Source: an uncultured Chloroflexia bacterium (GTDB lineage Bacteria; Chloroflexota; Limnocylindria; Limnocylindrales; CSP1-4). From it: a stretch of 64,000 bases of DNA. A model generated the notes under the pieces. That model saw nothing but the letters and a program-made list of their open reading frames with translations, was not told the origin of the DNA and did no database searches. Positions 19,927-29,025 of this stretch are shown piece by piece. The DNA lies in assembly GCA_963748675.1 (NCBI GenBank), contig CAVVJX010000009.1, positions 456,713-520,712 of the forward strand, read 5' to 3'. The position numbers were made by a program, and so were the translations under genes. How positions within the stretch are numbered: the stretch's first letter is position 1; each line of letters begins with the position of its first letter.

Positions 19927-20516
19927 GGACGGGAGGTTAGCACGCGGGCCGATTCGGCCCCCTCCGCGGGGACCTCGACACGAACGAACGAGGCTGGCTC
20001 CAGCACCCCGACGGCGTCGGTCGGAAGGGAGCGCGCGAACGCCACGGCGTGACGGATGGCCCCGGCATGGGAGACGACCACGGCCGGGCGACCATGGGCG
20101 CGGAGCGCGGTCCACGCGGCCGCGATCCGGGCGCCCAGGTCCAGGGCGGTCTCGCCGCCCGGCCAGTCGATGTCCGTGACACCGCGGGCCAGCGCCGCGG
20201 CGAGCTGTGGCTCGATCTCCGCGAGCTCGTCGAAGGTGCGGCCTTCGGCGATCCCGAAATCCGCCTCGCGCCAGCGCTCATCGACCTCCACGTTCGTGAC
20301 GCCGGCGGCGACCGCCAGGGCGTCGGCGGTCGCACGCGCGCGGCGCGCCGGGCTCGTGACGATGAGGACGTCGGGCGGCAGGGTCGGGGCGAGCGCTGCG
20401 GCGAGGGATCCCGCAGCCGCGAGACCGGCCGCGTCCAGGGGAGGGTCGCTGCGTCCGCAGTAGCGGCGCCCGGTCCAGCTCGTCGACGCGTGCCGGACGA
20501 ACACGACGTCGGTCAC
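19923..20516 (-). CDS. cobC: histidine phosphatase family protein, probable alpha-ribazole-5'-phosphate phosphatase
   Basis: VVFVRHASTSWT (RHG-type motif) and SHAGAIR. Overlaps cobT (4-nt overlap). The functional call rests on operon context. Confidence 0.7.
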   Translation of the reverse strand: MTDVVFVRHASTSWTGRRYCGRSDPPLDAAGLAAAGSLAAALAPTLPPDVLIVTSPARRARATADALAVAAGVTNVEVDERWREADFGIAEGRTFDELAEIEPQLAAALARGVTDIDWPGGETALDLGARIAAAWTALRAHGRPAVVVSHAGAIRHAVAFARSLPTDAVGVLEPASFVRVEVPAEGAESARVLTSRP

Positions 20517-21643
20517 GAGGGGGCTCCCAGTTCCGTGGCGCCATCGAGCGGCCCGGAAACGGCGGCCGACGCAAAGGTCGCCATGCCGTCGCGCAATCGC
20601 ACGGCCGCGTCGATCAGCCCGATCGCCAGGGCCGCTCCGGTCCCCTCGCCAAGGCGGAGGTCGAGGTCCAGCAGTGGCCGCAGGCCGAGGCGCTCGAGCA
20701 CGATCGCGTGACCGGGTTCGACGCTCCGGTGCGCGGCGATGACCCTCGTCGCGGTCCCTGGTGCGAGGCTTGCCGCCAGGAGCGCGGCCGCGCCGGTGAT
20801 GAAGCCGTCGAGGACGACGGGCACCCGCCCAGCGACGGCACCGAGGATGACGCCGACCAACGCGCCGATCTCGAGCCCGCCGACCGCGGCGAGGACGCCG
20901 ACCGGGTCCGCCGGGTCGGGAGCGTTGCCCGCGATCGCCCGCTCGATGGCGGCGATCTTGCGCCGATGCCCGGCGTCATCGATGCCGGTCCCACGGCCGG
21001 TCACGGCGGCCGGTGTCGTTCCCGTCACGACGGCCACGATCGCGCTCGCCGCCGTGGTGTTGCCGATGCCCATGTCACCGATGCCGATGAGCTCGACGCC
21101 GGCGGCGCGGAGGCCGGCCACGATGTCCAGACCGACATCGATCGAACGGAGCGCCTCGGCTCGGGTCATCGCCGGGCCCTCGGTCATGTCCGCCGTCCCT
21201 GGTCGGATCCGAGCCCGGACCAGGCGGCCGCCACGCTCGTCGCCGGGCAGCACCGCGGCGATCGGCCCCACCACCCCGACATCGACGACGGTGAGTGACG
21301 CTCCCGCGGCCTCCGCGAGGACATTGATGGCCGCCCCGCCGCCGACGAAGTTGGCGAGCATCTGGGCCGTCACGTCCGACGGGTAGGCCGAGACGCCCAT
21401 CCGCGCGACCCCATGGTCCCCCGCCGCGACGACGATCTCGCGGCGAGCCATCGTCGGGAACGGCTGCCCGGTGATACCGGCGAGGTCGATGGCGAGTTCC
21501 TCGAGACGACCGAGGCTGCCCGGCGGCTTCGTCAGCCGGTCGAGGTGGTCGCGAGCCGCGGCCATGGCGGTCTCGTCCGGCGGGCCGAGCGCGGCGATCG
21601 CAGCCAGCGTGTCATCCAGGCCAACGGCGATGCGCGCCGTCAC
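20513..21643 (-). CDS. cobT: nicotinate-nucleotide--dimethylbenzimidazole phosphoribosyltransferase
   Basis: KPPGSLGRLEELAIDLAGITG and GDMGIGNTTAASA motifs; 376 aa. Confidence 0.9.
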   Translation of the reverse strand: MTARIAVGLDDTLAAIAALGPPDETAMAAARDHLDRLTKPPGSLGRLEELAIDLAGITGQPFPTMARREIVVAAGDHGVARMGVSAYPSDVTAQMLANFVGGGAAINVLAEAAGASLTVVDVGVVGPIAAVLPGDERGGRLVRARIRPGTADMTEGPAMTRAEALRSIDVGLDIVAGLRAAGVELIGIGDMGIGNTTAASAIVAVVTGTTPAAVTGRGTGIDDAGHRRKIAAIERAIAGNAPDPADPVGVLAAVGGLEIGALVGVILGAVAGRVPVVLDGFITGAAALLAASLAPGTATRVIAAHRSVEPGHAIVLERLGLRPLLDLDLRLGEGTGAALAIGLIDAAVRLRDGMATFASAAVSGPLDGATELGAPS

Positions 21644-22185
21644 GACGGGCCCCCGCCCTTCAGGGTCACCGGCAGACCCGCCACGAGCAGGTACGCCTCG
21701 TCGGCCATCGCCGCGAGTCGCTGATGGGCGATCCCGACGAGGTCGCGGTAGGCGCGGGCGCCGGCATGCATCGGAACGATCCCGAGTCCGACCTCGTCGC
21801 TCACGACCACGACGGCCCCCGGACGCGCCTCGATCGCCGCGAAGCCGGCCGCGACCGGCCCGTCCAGGATCGGGTCGATGTCCGGAACGTCGTCCCCGAG
21901 CAGCGTGCTGAGCCAGAGAGTCAAGCCATCGATGAGCACCGGCTCAGACGGCTCCGTGCGCGCGAGGGCGGCGACCAGGTCCGGCCCGACCTCGATCGTC
22001 GGCCACGACGCGGGGCGTTCTCGCTGATGTCGGGCGATCCGGTCGTCGAGCTCGGGGTCGCCGGGCCACGCGGTCCCGAGGAACCACGCCCGTCCGTCGC
22101 CCGCCAGCCGCCTCGTGGCCGCCAGTCCGAACCGGCTCTTGCCGCTGCGCGTACCGCCGACGGCGAAGATCAGCGGGCTGGCCAC
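21640..22185 (-). CDS. cobU: adenosylcobinamide kinase / adenosylcobinamide-phosphate guanylyltransferase
   Basis: P-loop GGTRSGKSRFG; 181 aa; 4-nt overlap with cobT. Confidence 0.85.
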   Translation of the reverse strand: MASPLIFAVGGTRSGKSRFGLAATRRLAGDGRAWFLGTAWPGDPELDDRIARHQRERPASWPTIEVGPDLVAALARTEPSEPVLIDGLTLWLSTLLGDDVPDIDPILDGPVAAGFAAIEARPGAVVVVSDEVGLGIVPMHAGARAYRDLVGIAHQRLAAMADEAYLLVAGLPVTLKGGGPS

Positions 22186-22207
22186 GGCTGCTCCTCCGAT
22201 GCCAGCG

Positions 22208-22990
22208 TCACGGTGCGATCACGGCCAGGGCCACGAGCGTGGCGGTCAACGTGATCTCGACCGAGGCGCCCAGGCCGTCGCCATCGAGCCGGCCCCGCAA
22301 CCGGACGATGAACGCCGTCGCGACGACCCCTGCCGTCGTGCCGATCAGCGCCCCCGGACCGAGCGCCCATCCTTCCAGGGCCATCCCGGCCCCCACCGCG
22401 ATCGCGACCGTGACCGCTCCGACGATCACATCGCGACCCGACACGGCCTCGCTGAACCAGGCGCCCAGGCCGTCGTGTCCGACGCGGTCCCGCAGGAGCA
22501 CGACCGCCAGCACGGGCAGCCAGCGCGACACGGCCCCACCGACGACGACGGCCGACGCAGCCACCAAGGGACCCCACGAAGCGGTCACCGACGCAAGCGC
22601 GGCGACCTCAGCGCCCAGGACCAGCAGGAGCGCGACCGCACCGCCCGGCCCGACGGACGGATCCTCACGAGCGCGTTCGGCGGCATAGGCGTCGGGAGCG
22701 ACCAGGGCGTCGGCGGTGTCGGCAAGCCCGTCCAGGTGCAGGCCGCCGGACACGACGGCAAGCAGCCCGACCGCAGCGATCGCACCCAGCAGCGGCTCGC
22801 CGGCCAGGGCAAGGGCCGCGAGCGGCACCGCCGCCAGCCCCCCGACCGCGGCCCCGACCAGGGCGAACGCCGCGGCCCCCGGGACGTTCGCGACGACACC
22901 GACCGGCAACCGGGTCAGCAGCCCGGCCGCCGCCCGGACCGTGGCGACGACCCCGATCGATTCGGCCGGGCGGGGCACGACACGCTCCAT
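22208..22990 (-). CDS. cobS: adenosylcobinamide-GDP ribazoletransferase (cobalamin synthase)
   Basis: 260-aa polytopic membrane protein with LLTRLPV and GLHLDGLADTADAL motifs typical of CobS/CobV. Confidence 0.85.
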   Translation of the reverse strand: MERVVPRPAESIGVVATVRAAAGLLTRLPVGVVANVPGAAAFALVGAAVGGLAAVPLAALALAGEPLLGAIAAVGLLAVVSGGLHLDGLADTADALVAPDAYAAERAREDPSVGPGGAVALLLVLGAEVAALASVTASWGPLVAASAVVVGGAVSRWLPVLAVVLLRDRVGHDGLGAWFSEAVSGRDVIVGAVTVAIAVGAGMALEGWALGPGALIGTTAGVVATAFIVRLRGRLDGDGLGASVEITLTATLVALAVIAP

Positions 22991-22992
22991 CG

Positions 22993-23760
22993 TCAGCTCG
23001 CCCCCACCGGCAGGCGCACGAGGGCGGGGTCCACGCCGAACACCGACCGGATCCGCTCCGGCCCAAGCGTGGCCGCGGGCGGGCCATCGGCCACGATCCG
23101 GCCCTCGCTCAAGACCGCGATCCGGGGGAAGAAGTGGGCGGCGAGCGCGAGATCGTGGAGGACCGCGACGACGGTCGTCCCGTCACGCTGGTTGAGGTCC
23201 ACCAGCAGCTCCATGACGTCGACCTGGTGGCGGATGTCGAGGTGTGCGGTCGGCTCGTCGAGGACCAGGATGGGCGCCGATTGGGCGACGGCGACCGCGA
23301 TGAACACGAGCTGTCGCTCACCCATGGACAGCTCGCGCACGTCGCGATGGCCGAGGTGGGAGATGCCCACCCGATCCATGGCCCCGGCCACGGCCACGTG
23401 ATCGGCGGTACGCAGCCCGGTGAACGGTGGCTCGTGCGGGAGCCGGCCCAGCGCCACGACCTCGTGGACGGGCATCTCGAACGGCAGCTGGATGAGCTCG
23501 GGGACGACCGCGATGGTGCGCGCGACCGCGGAGCGTTCGACGGTATCGATCGGGGCGCCACACAGGTGGACGACACCCGAGGACGGTCGCAGCACGCCGG
23601 TCATCGCGCGCAGCAGGCTCGACTTCCCGGCACCGTTGGGCCCGACCAGGGCAACGCGCTCGCCACCGCCGATCTCGAGCGTGGCCGCACTCACGACGCG
23701 CCGTTCCCCGTAGGCGACCGTCACGTCGTGCGCCGCGAGGATCGGTTCCGTGGACGTCAT
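22993..23760 (-). CDS. ABC transporter ATP-binding protein, iron-siderophore/cobalamin (FepC/BtuD) type
   Basis: GPNGAGKSSLL, LSMGERQLVFIAVAV, LVLDEPTAHLD. ATGA overlap with the permease gene. Confidence 0.85.
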   Translation of the reverse strand: MTSTEPILAAHDVTVAYGERRVVSAATLEIGGGERVALVGPNGAGKSSLLRAMTGVLRPSSGVVHLCGAPIDTVERSAVARTIAVVPELIQLPFEMPVHEVVALGRLPHEPPFTGLRTADHVAVAGAMDRVGISHLGHRDVRELSMGERQLVFIAVAVAQSAPILVLDEPTAHLDIRHQVDVMELLVDLNQRDGTTVVAVLHDLALAAHFFPRIAVLSEGRIVADGPPAATLGPERIRSVFGVDPALVRLPVGAS

Positions 23761-24833
23761 AGCTCGTAGCTCGAACGCGTGCGCTGGAGCAGGAACAGGA
23801 AGAAGGGCGCCCCCAGCAGCGCCATGACGACGCCGACCGGAACGTCACCGACGAGACGGGCGACCAGGTCGGCGGTGGACAGGAGGGCCGCACCCACGAT
23901 GGCGGAGATCGGGAGTACTCGACGCGCCGCGGGGCCGACCACGAGCCGGACGACATGCGGCACGACCAGCCCGACGAAGCCGATGAGCCCGCTGATCGCG
24001 ACACCAGCGGCCGTCGCCAGGGAGGCCAGGGCCAGCAGGATGCCCCGTTCGCGCCGGACATCGATGCCCAGGTGGCTCGCCGCGGAATCGCCGAGGAGCA
24101 GGCCGTCTAGGGCACGCGATCGGAGCGTCATGAGGATGCACGCTCCGATGATCAGCGGCGCCGCGACCGCGAGGCGGGCCCACGACGAGCCGGCGAGCCC
24201 ACCAAGCAGAAACGAGAAGATCTGGCGCAAATCGGCACCCGAGACATACATGGCCATCGTCAGGAGCGCCGCCAGCACAGACCCGACGGCGTAGCCCGTC
24301 AGGAGGAGGCGGGTCAAACCTCCGGCGCCACCGGACCCACCGAGCCGGAAGACGACGTAGGCGGACAGCAGGGCTCCCGCGAAGGCAAAGGCGTGCAGGA
24401 GACCGAATTCGATGACAACGATCTGGACCGGGATCAGGACGGCGATCGCCGCTCCGAGCGCCGCGCCGGACGCGGTGCCCAGCACGTACGGGTCGGCGAG
24501 CGGGTTGCGGAGCAATCCCTGGAACGTCGCGCCGGCGACGGCCAGCCCCGACCCGATGACCATGGCGGTGAGCACGCGCGGCAGGCGCAGGTCCCAGATG
24601 ATCGCCTCGCTTGCCGCGCTCCAGTCCAGGCCGATCCGCAGGCCGAGCGTTCGCCACAGGACCACGCCGATCGTTTCGCTGGGGCCGATCTGGACGGACC
24701 CGAGCCCCACGCCAAGGACGACCGAGGCGAGCAGGACGACCAGGGCGAGCAAGCCGACGACCACCGGCCGACCACGGACCCAGGCGGCGACGCCGCCAGA
24801 GTCCAGGTCGGGTGCGAGTGCGCCGGCTGCCAT
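23757..24833 (-). CDS. FecCD-family ABC permease (BtuC-like)
   Basis: 358 aa, ~9-10 TM. FecCD hallmarks (LTGYAVGSVLAAL, GLIGFVGLVVPH). Confidence 0.85.
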   Translation of the reverse strand: MAAGALAPDLDSGGVAAWVRGRPVVVGLLALVVLLASVVLGVGLGSVQIGPSETIGVVLWRTLGLRIGLDWSAASEAIIWDLRLPRVLTAMVIGSGLAVAGATFQGLLRNPLADPYVLGTASGAALGAAIAVLIPVQIVVIEFGLLHAFAFAGALLSAYVVFRLGGSGGAGGLTRLLLTGYAVGSVLAALLTMAMYVSGADLRQIFSFLLGGLAGSSWARLAVAAPLIIGACILMTLRSRALDGLLLGDSAASHLGIDVRRERGILLALASLATAAGVAISGLIGFVGLVVPHVVRLVVGPAARRVLPISAIVGAALLSTADLVARLVGDVPVGVVMALLGAPFFLFLLQRTRSSYEL

Positions 24834-24838
24834 GCTCG

Positions 24839-25849
24839 TTACGGTGCGGCCGGGAGGGTGATGTCCGGCCGGATCGTGGTCGCCAGGTTGCGCAGGCCGA
24901 GCGGCAACCGGGGTCCCGGTCGGGTGATCTCGATATCGCGGACGGTGCGAACGTCGTCCTTGGTGACGGCGGTCATGACCTTCCAGCCCGGACGAGCCGC
25001 CACCTCTTCGGGGGTCGGCTCGTAGAAGGGATTGACCCCCAGGACGATGACTTCCGGGTCCTGCTCGATCAGCTTCTCGAGCGCGATCTCGTAGGTGTTC
25101 GGATCGCCGGTCGTGATCGTGTCACCGCCGGCGAGCGTCACCATCTCGGCCACGAACGAGTCGTCGGCGGGAGCGAAGATCGCGCCCGTCGTCGCGTCAT
25201 ATCCGATCTCGTAGAAGACGCGTGGCGGTGTCCCGCTCGCGGCGACGGCTTGGCTGATGGCGTCGATCTCGGCACGCATGCCCGAGGTCAGCGCGACGGC
25301 CGCCTCGCTCGTCCCGGTGGCCGCGCCGATGAGCTCGATGTCCTTGTACACCCCCTCGACCGAGGGCGCGTACAGGACGAGCACAGGGATGTCGAGTGCA
25401 CGAAGCTGGGTGATCGCGTCGGCAGGCGTGAATCCCAGGCCGCCGGCGATGACGAGGTCCGGCTCGAGGTTGACCACCTGCTCGACATCGACGCTCGAGA
25501 ACGTGGCGACATCGGGTAGCGCGACGGCTTCTTCGGGAAAGTCCGTGCCGTCGTCGGTCGCAACGACGCGATCGCCGGCACCGAGCGCGAAGAGGATCTC
25601 GGTGTTGGCTGGGGTCAGCGACACGATGACCTCGGGCTCCGCCGCGATCTCGACCGCGGTGCCCTCGTCGTCGGTGAGGGTCGCGGGGAACGCGGCCGCC
25701 GGCGACGGGCTGGGCTCGGTCGCGGGTGGTGGTGCGGGCGTGATGGCTGGGGCGGATGACGGCGTGGCTGCGGGGGTGGAGCAGGCCGCGACGAGGACGG
25801 CCAACGCCAGGGACAAGGCGACGCCGCGGCGTCGGGAGCGTGGAGACAC
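24839..25849 (-). CDS. periplasmic-binding-protein-type substrate-binding lipoprotein (BtuF-like)
   Basis: GTG start with GGAGG upstream. Lipobox LAVLVAACS, A/P-rich linker, then a cluster-A SBP fold pattern (VIVSLTPANTEILFALG...DLVIAG). Confidence 0.8.
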   Translation of the reverse strand: MSPRSRRRGVALSLALAVLVAACSTPAATPSSAPAITPAPPPATEPSPSPAAAFPATLTDDEGTAVEIAAEPEVIVSLTPANTEILFALGAGDRVVATDDGTDFPEEAVALPDVATFSSVDVEQVVNLEPDLVIAGGLGFTPADAITQLRALDIPVLVLYAPSVEGVYKDIELIGAATGTSEAAVALTSGMRAEIDAISQAVAASGTPPRVFYEIGYDATTGAIFAPADDSFVAEMVTLAGGDTITTGDPNTYEIALEKLIEQDPEVIVLGVNPFYEPTPEEVAARPGWKVMTAVTKDDVRTVRDIEITRPGPRLPLGLRNLATTIRPDITLPAAP

Positions 25850-25854
25850 GGCGG

Positions 25855-26126
25855 GGTTTCCTCCGGAAGCGGTTCGGGAGCCGGAGGGGCCTGCGACACG
25901 AGCAAGACCCCTCGCTTCGATGCGGGTCGAAGGAGGGGTCAGGGGATGGTGTGCACGGTCCTGCCTACCTTTCTCTCGAAGGTTCGAGCATGCACCGTGA
26001 GGTCGGCGACCGGACTTCCGCCCGAGGGCGGTTCACCGTAGCGGGACTGTGCCGGAATCTCACCGGCTTCGCGACCACGCGGCGTTCGACTGACGTCGGC
26101 GCCGAGCGTAGCACACCGCCCTCGGC
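25855..26126 (-). promoter_or_regulatory. cobalamin (B12) riboswitch with an SD-sequestering expression platform
   Basis: The minus strand reads GAAGCCGGTGAGATTCCGGCACAGTCCCGCTACGGTGAACCG (conserved core). A 10-bp closing helix CCGAGGGCGG/CCGCCCTCGG and a B12-box-like AAGTCCGGTCGCCGACC are present. A CCTCCGG/CCGGAGG hairpin (25860-25887) covers the btuF RBS. Confidence 0.8.
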
Positions 26127-26230
26127 TGACCGCGAGACGTCTGATAAGTGCCGGTGAAGGCCCGCTCCGTACGATGCCCACCTCGCCCTCCTCCCGCCAT
26201 CGTCCAGCCGCCGGAGGAGGTCCATCGACC

Positions 26231-27346
26231 ATGGTGGAGTCACGTTGGTTTCGTCGTGCCGGCCCGGCGCTCGCTGCCGTCGGTGGGATCGCGCTCATCG
26301 CCACCACGACGGTGGGCGCGCCCGGTCGCGCCTGGACTCCGGAGGCGTGTGCCGGGGAGCCACGGATCCGCGTCGCGGCGTCCGGCAGCTGGTATCGGAT
26401 CGATCCGGTCATCGGCGCGGGCACCCGGATGGGTCAGCGGCTGGTCCTCGGGCGTGCCGGCGAGCGCAGCACGCGAGCGCTGGACCTGGATGCCGAGTCG
26501 TTCGCGGCCGGTCCGTTCGGCGGCGCGACGCTGGTCGGCACGGATGACGGCCGTCGGTCGCGGCTCTCGCTGGTCGACGCGACTCGAGGCTGCGCCTGGC
26601 CGCTGGTCGCGACGAGCGACGTCGTTCGGACCGCCACCATGGCCGCGGACGGGGCATCGCTCTTCGAATTCCGCGTCGACCGCAAGACCCGTGCCGACCT
26701 CGGTGTCTGGCGACGAGCGCTCGATGGCAGGAAGGCGCCATCACGCGTGCTGCCCCCGATCCCGGCCGATGCCCGCTTCGGCCCGACCTGGATCACGACC
26801 TTCGACTGGGGCGAGAACGGCCGGTCGCTGGCCGTGCAGTCCTGCGGCGAGATCGCGTGCCGAGTCCGCATCCTCGACACGGGGGGCGGCGGCGTTCGGC
26901 TCGTCGCCGATCCGGCCCTTGGCGACCTCGTCGGGTTCGATGGGAACCGCCTGGTCGCGCACGGCGCCTGCCGTGGTCTCCCCTGCCCGCTGCTCTCCGT
27001 GGACATCGCGACGGGCGCCACGCAGGTCCTCGATGAGGCTGCCGGCCAGGCCGTGCTGAGCCGTGACGCGGACGGCCGATCGATCGTCGTCCACGAGGTC
27101 GGGGCGGCTGGCGACCACCTGCGGGCGGTCGGGCTCGACGGCCGTGGCCCGCGGCTGCTCGACGGCGACCCCGATGGCCGCCGGCTGGTGGCCGGTCCAA
27201 CCCGTTCCGGGAGCGGCGCCGAGCACGCCCGGGGCTGGCTCCTCTTCGGTCCTGACGGGCGCCTGCCGATCGACGGTTCGCTCCGACCGCTGCTCCGCCA
27301 CGTCCCGGACGGGCGCACCGTCCACCTCGACGAGGTGTCGCGATGA
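26231..27346 (+). CDS. secreted hypothetical protein (repetitive beta-rich, Cys-pair-containing)
   Basis: ATG with GGAGGAGG 10 nt upstream. Signal peptide RWFRRAGPALAAVGGIALIATTTVGA. Recurring strand-like segments with Cys pairs (RGCAWPLV, SCGEIACRVRILD, GACRGLPCPLLSVD). Confidence 0.6.
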   Translation: MVESRWFRRAGPALAAVGGIALIATTTVGAPGRAWTPEACAGEPRIRVAASGSWYRIDPVIGAGTRMGQRLVLGRAGERSTRALDLDAESFAAGPFGGATLVGTDDGRRSRLSLVDATRGCAWPLVATSDVVRTATMAADGASLFEFRVDRKTRADLGVWRRALDGRKAPSRVLPPIPADARFGPTWITTFDWGENGRSLAVQSCGEIACRVRILDTGGGGVRLVADPALGDLVGFDGNRLVAHGACRGLPCPLLSVDIATGATQVLDEAAGQAVLSRDADGRSIVVHEVGAAGDHLRAVGLDGRGPRLLDGDPDGRRLVAGPTRSGSGAEHARGWLLFGPDGRLPIDGSLRPLLRHVPDGRTVHLDEVSR

Positions 27347-28404
27347 TCTCCCCGAGGCCGCGCCGACAGCGCGTCCTGTCCTTGCTCCTGAACCTCGCCC
27401 TGGCGATCGCGATCGGCCACCCGACGACGTCGCCCACCGCCGCCCACTCGCCCGATCCGGCGCTCGGTGGCGGGACATTCCCGCAGGACGGCGAGCTCCT
27501 GTATGACTGGCGCACCGGCGCCGTGCCACCCGCGCCGATCCGGGTCGCGGTCAACGCGGCTGCGGGTGACATCGAGGCGACGCGCGCGTCGCGCGCAGCC
27601 CTCTTCGTCTTCAACGCCGCCGGGACGAACCCGATCGGCTACGGGACCGGCACGTGCGGCGTCAACGGGCTGGCGTGCTTCACGCGGGACGCCCCCGACG
27701 GGTTCACGATGTGGTTCCGCGAGCATGGCCGGGTCTTCGACTGGGGCACGCTCAAGTGGTGCCAGATGTACACGACCGCGCCGAACGGCTGCTACGACGC
27801 CGAGACGGTCGCGCTCGATGAGTTCGGTCACGTCGAGGGACTCGGCCACCACGTGAACTTCGCGGACGACCGCGACTACACCGACGCCGTCGTGCAGACG
27901 TTCTCGCGGACGAAGCCCCGTGAGGGCTACGACATGCACGTCCTGGGTGTCTGCGACGTCGCGCGGCTCCAGATCCGGTACGACTTGCCGGGGGCATCGT
28001 CGCGGTACTCCACGTGCCTCGACCTCCCCACGGTCATGACGATGAGCCCGAACGACTCGTCCGTGTCCTACGGCGCGACCGTCACGTTCACGGCCAGTCT
28101 CCGGGTGGTCACCGACACGGACTACGGCCGCCTCAGTGCCAACCCGGTCTCGCAGCGGTCCGTGCGGTTGCAACGCCGGCCCGTGGGAGGCGGCTCGTGG
28201 AGCACGATCGCGACGATGTCACCGACGTCCCCGACGGGCTCCTATGTCGTCGCCCTGCGGCTGTTCGGCTCGGCGGAGTTCCGCGCCATCTTTTCGACGC
28301 CGTCGACAGAAGGCCTTCGTGGGGACTCGAGTCCCGTTGTCACCGTGACCGTGGCTCCGTGCTCGGGCATGCACTGCCCGCAACCGATCGGCGGCTCACA
28401 GTAG
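27343..28404 (+). CDS. secreted protein with a variant metzincin-like motif and a C-terminal Ig-like domain
   Basis: ATGA overlap with the upstream gene. Signal peptide VLSLLLNLALAIAIG. DEFGHVEGLGHH at aa 159-170. The C-terminal ~110 aa are beta-sandwich-like (VSYGATVTFTASLRVV...GSYVVALRL). Confidence 0.6.
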   Translation: MISPRPRRQRVLSLLLNLALAIAIGHPTTSPTAAHSPDPALGGGTFPQDGELLYDWRTGAVPPAPIRVAVNAAAGDIEATRASRAALFVFNAAGTNPIGYGTGTCGVNGLACFTRDAPDGFTMWFREHGRVFDWGTLKWCQMYTTAPNGCYDAETVALDEFGHVEGLGHHVNFADDRDYTDAVVQTFSRTKPREGYDMHVLGVCDVARLQIRYDLPGASSRYSTCLDLPTVMTMSPNDSSVSYGATVTFTASLRVVTDTDYGRLSANPVSQRSVRLQRRPVGGGSWSTIATMSPTSPTGSYVVALRLFGSAEFRAIFSTPSTEGLRGDSSPVVTVTVAPCSGMHCPQPIGGSQ

Positions 28405-28406
28405 GC

Positions 28407-28997
28407 ATGGAGGCCAGGATGAGATCCCGATCCTCGATGGACATGGCGGCCGCCGCCATCGGCATCGTCGTCCTCGGGGGCACGGCGCTCGCCTGCTCGC
28501 CCGCCGTGTCGTCGGGGAGCATCCCCGCGGCGTCGGCGGGCAGCGGGTCCGCCGCGTCACCGACCCGCTCCGCCGTCGACTCGCCGACCGGCTCCGCCAT
28601 CGATGGAGGCCCGTCGCCGACCGTCCCCGGGCGAGATGCGCCACCGGATGCCCTCCTGGCCGCGGAGGGCGGCGATCCCGCCGCCGGCCAGCTCGGCACC
28701 TATGTCTGGCTCGAGTCGGGCAGTGACTCGCCGTGGCTCCCGGGCGCTCCGCTCTCGGTCGGGGCCGGCGAGCCGCTCGCCGTCACGCTCGTGCCGGACG
28801 GCGAGATCCGGGCCTGGACAGCACGCTACGTCCCGGCGGCCGCCGGAGGACCCGAGGGGGCGACGGCCCTCGGCGAAGGCGCCGGGACCCCCCGCTTCGA
28901 CGCACCCGGACCGGGGGCGTGGACCGTCGAGGTGTTCGTCGAGTTCGCTCCCGGCGTCGGTGAAGCGCGTTACTTCTGGCGTCTGGAGGTGGAGTGA
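28407..28997 (+). CDS. lipoprotein, unknown function
   Basis: The ATG starts 3 nt after the upstream stop. Lipobox LGGTALACS. 196 aa. Confidence 0.6.
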   Translation: MEARMRSRSSMDMAAAAIGIVVLGGTALACSPAVSSGSIPAASAGSGSAASPTRSAVDSPTGSAIDGGPSPTVPGRDAPPDALLAAEGGDPAAGQLGTYVWLESGSDSPWLPGAPLSVGAGEPLAVTLVPDGEIRAWTARYVPAAAGGPEGATALGEGAGTPRFDAPGPGAWTVEVFVEFAPGVGEARYFWRLEVE

Positions 28998-29025
28998 ACC
29001 GCCCGGGGGTGGCACACTGCCGCGG

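Noticed and set aside
19927-20115. 63-codon N-terminal extension of the lipoprotein ORF (19201..20115).
   Set aside because: The extension overlaps the cobC-like gene in another frame and is Arg-rich. A GTG start in a GTGA overlap, immediately before the signal peptide/lipobox, is the better model.
25970-25995. tRNA-like T-arm string (ggttcgag) and a general search for tRNA or rRNA genes.
   Set aside because: The string lies inside the cobalamin riboswitch/leader and has no matching acceptor or anticodon arms. No other GGTTCGA-type T-loops or rRNA-like segments were seen anywhere in the window.
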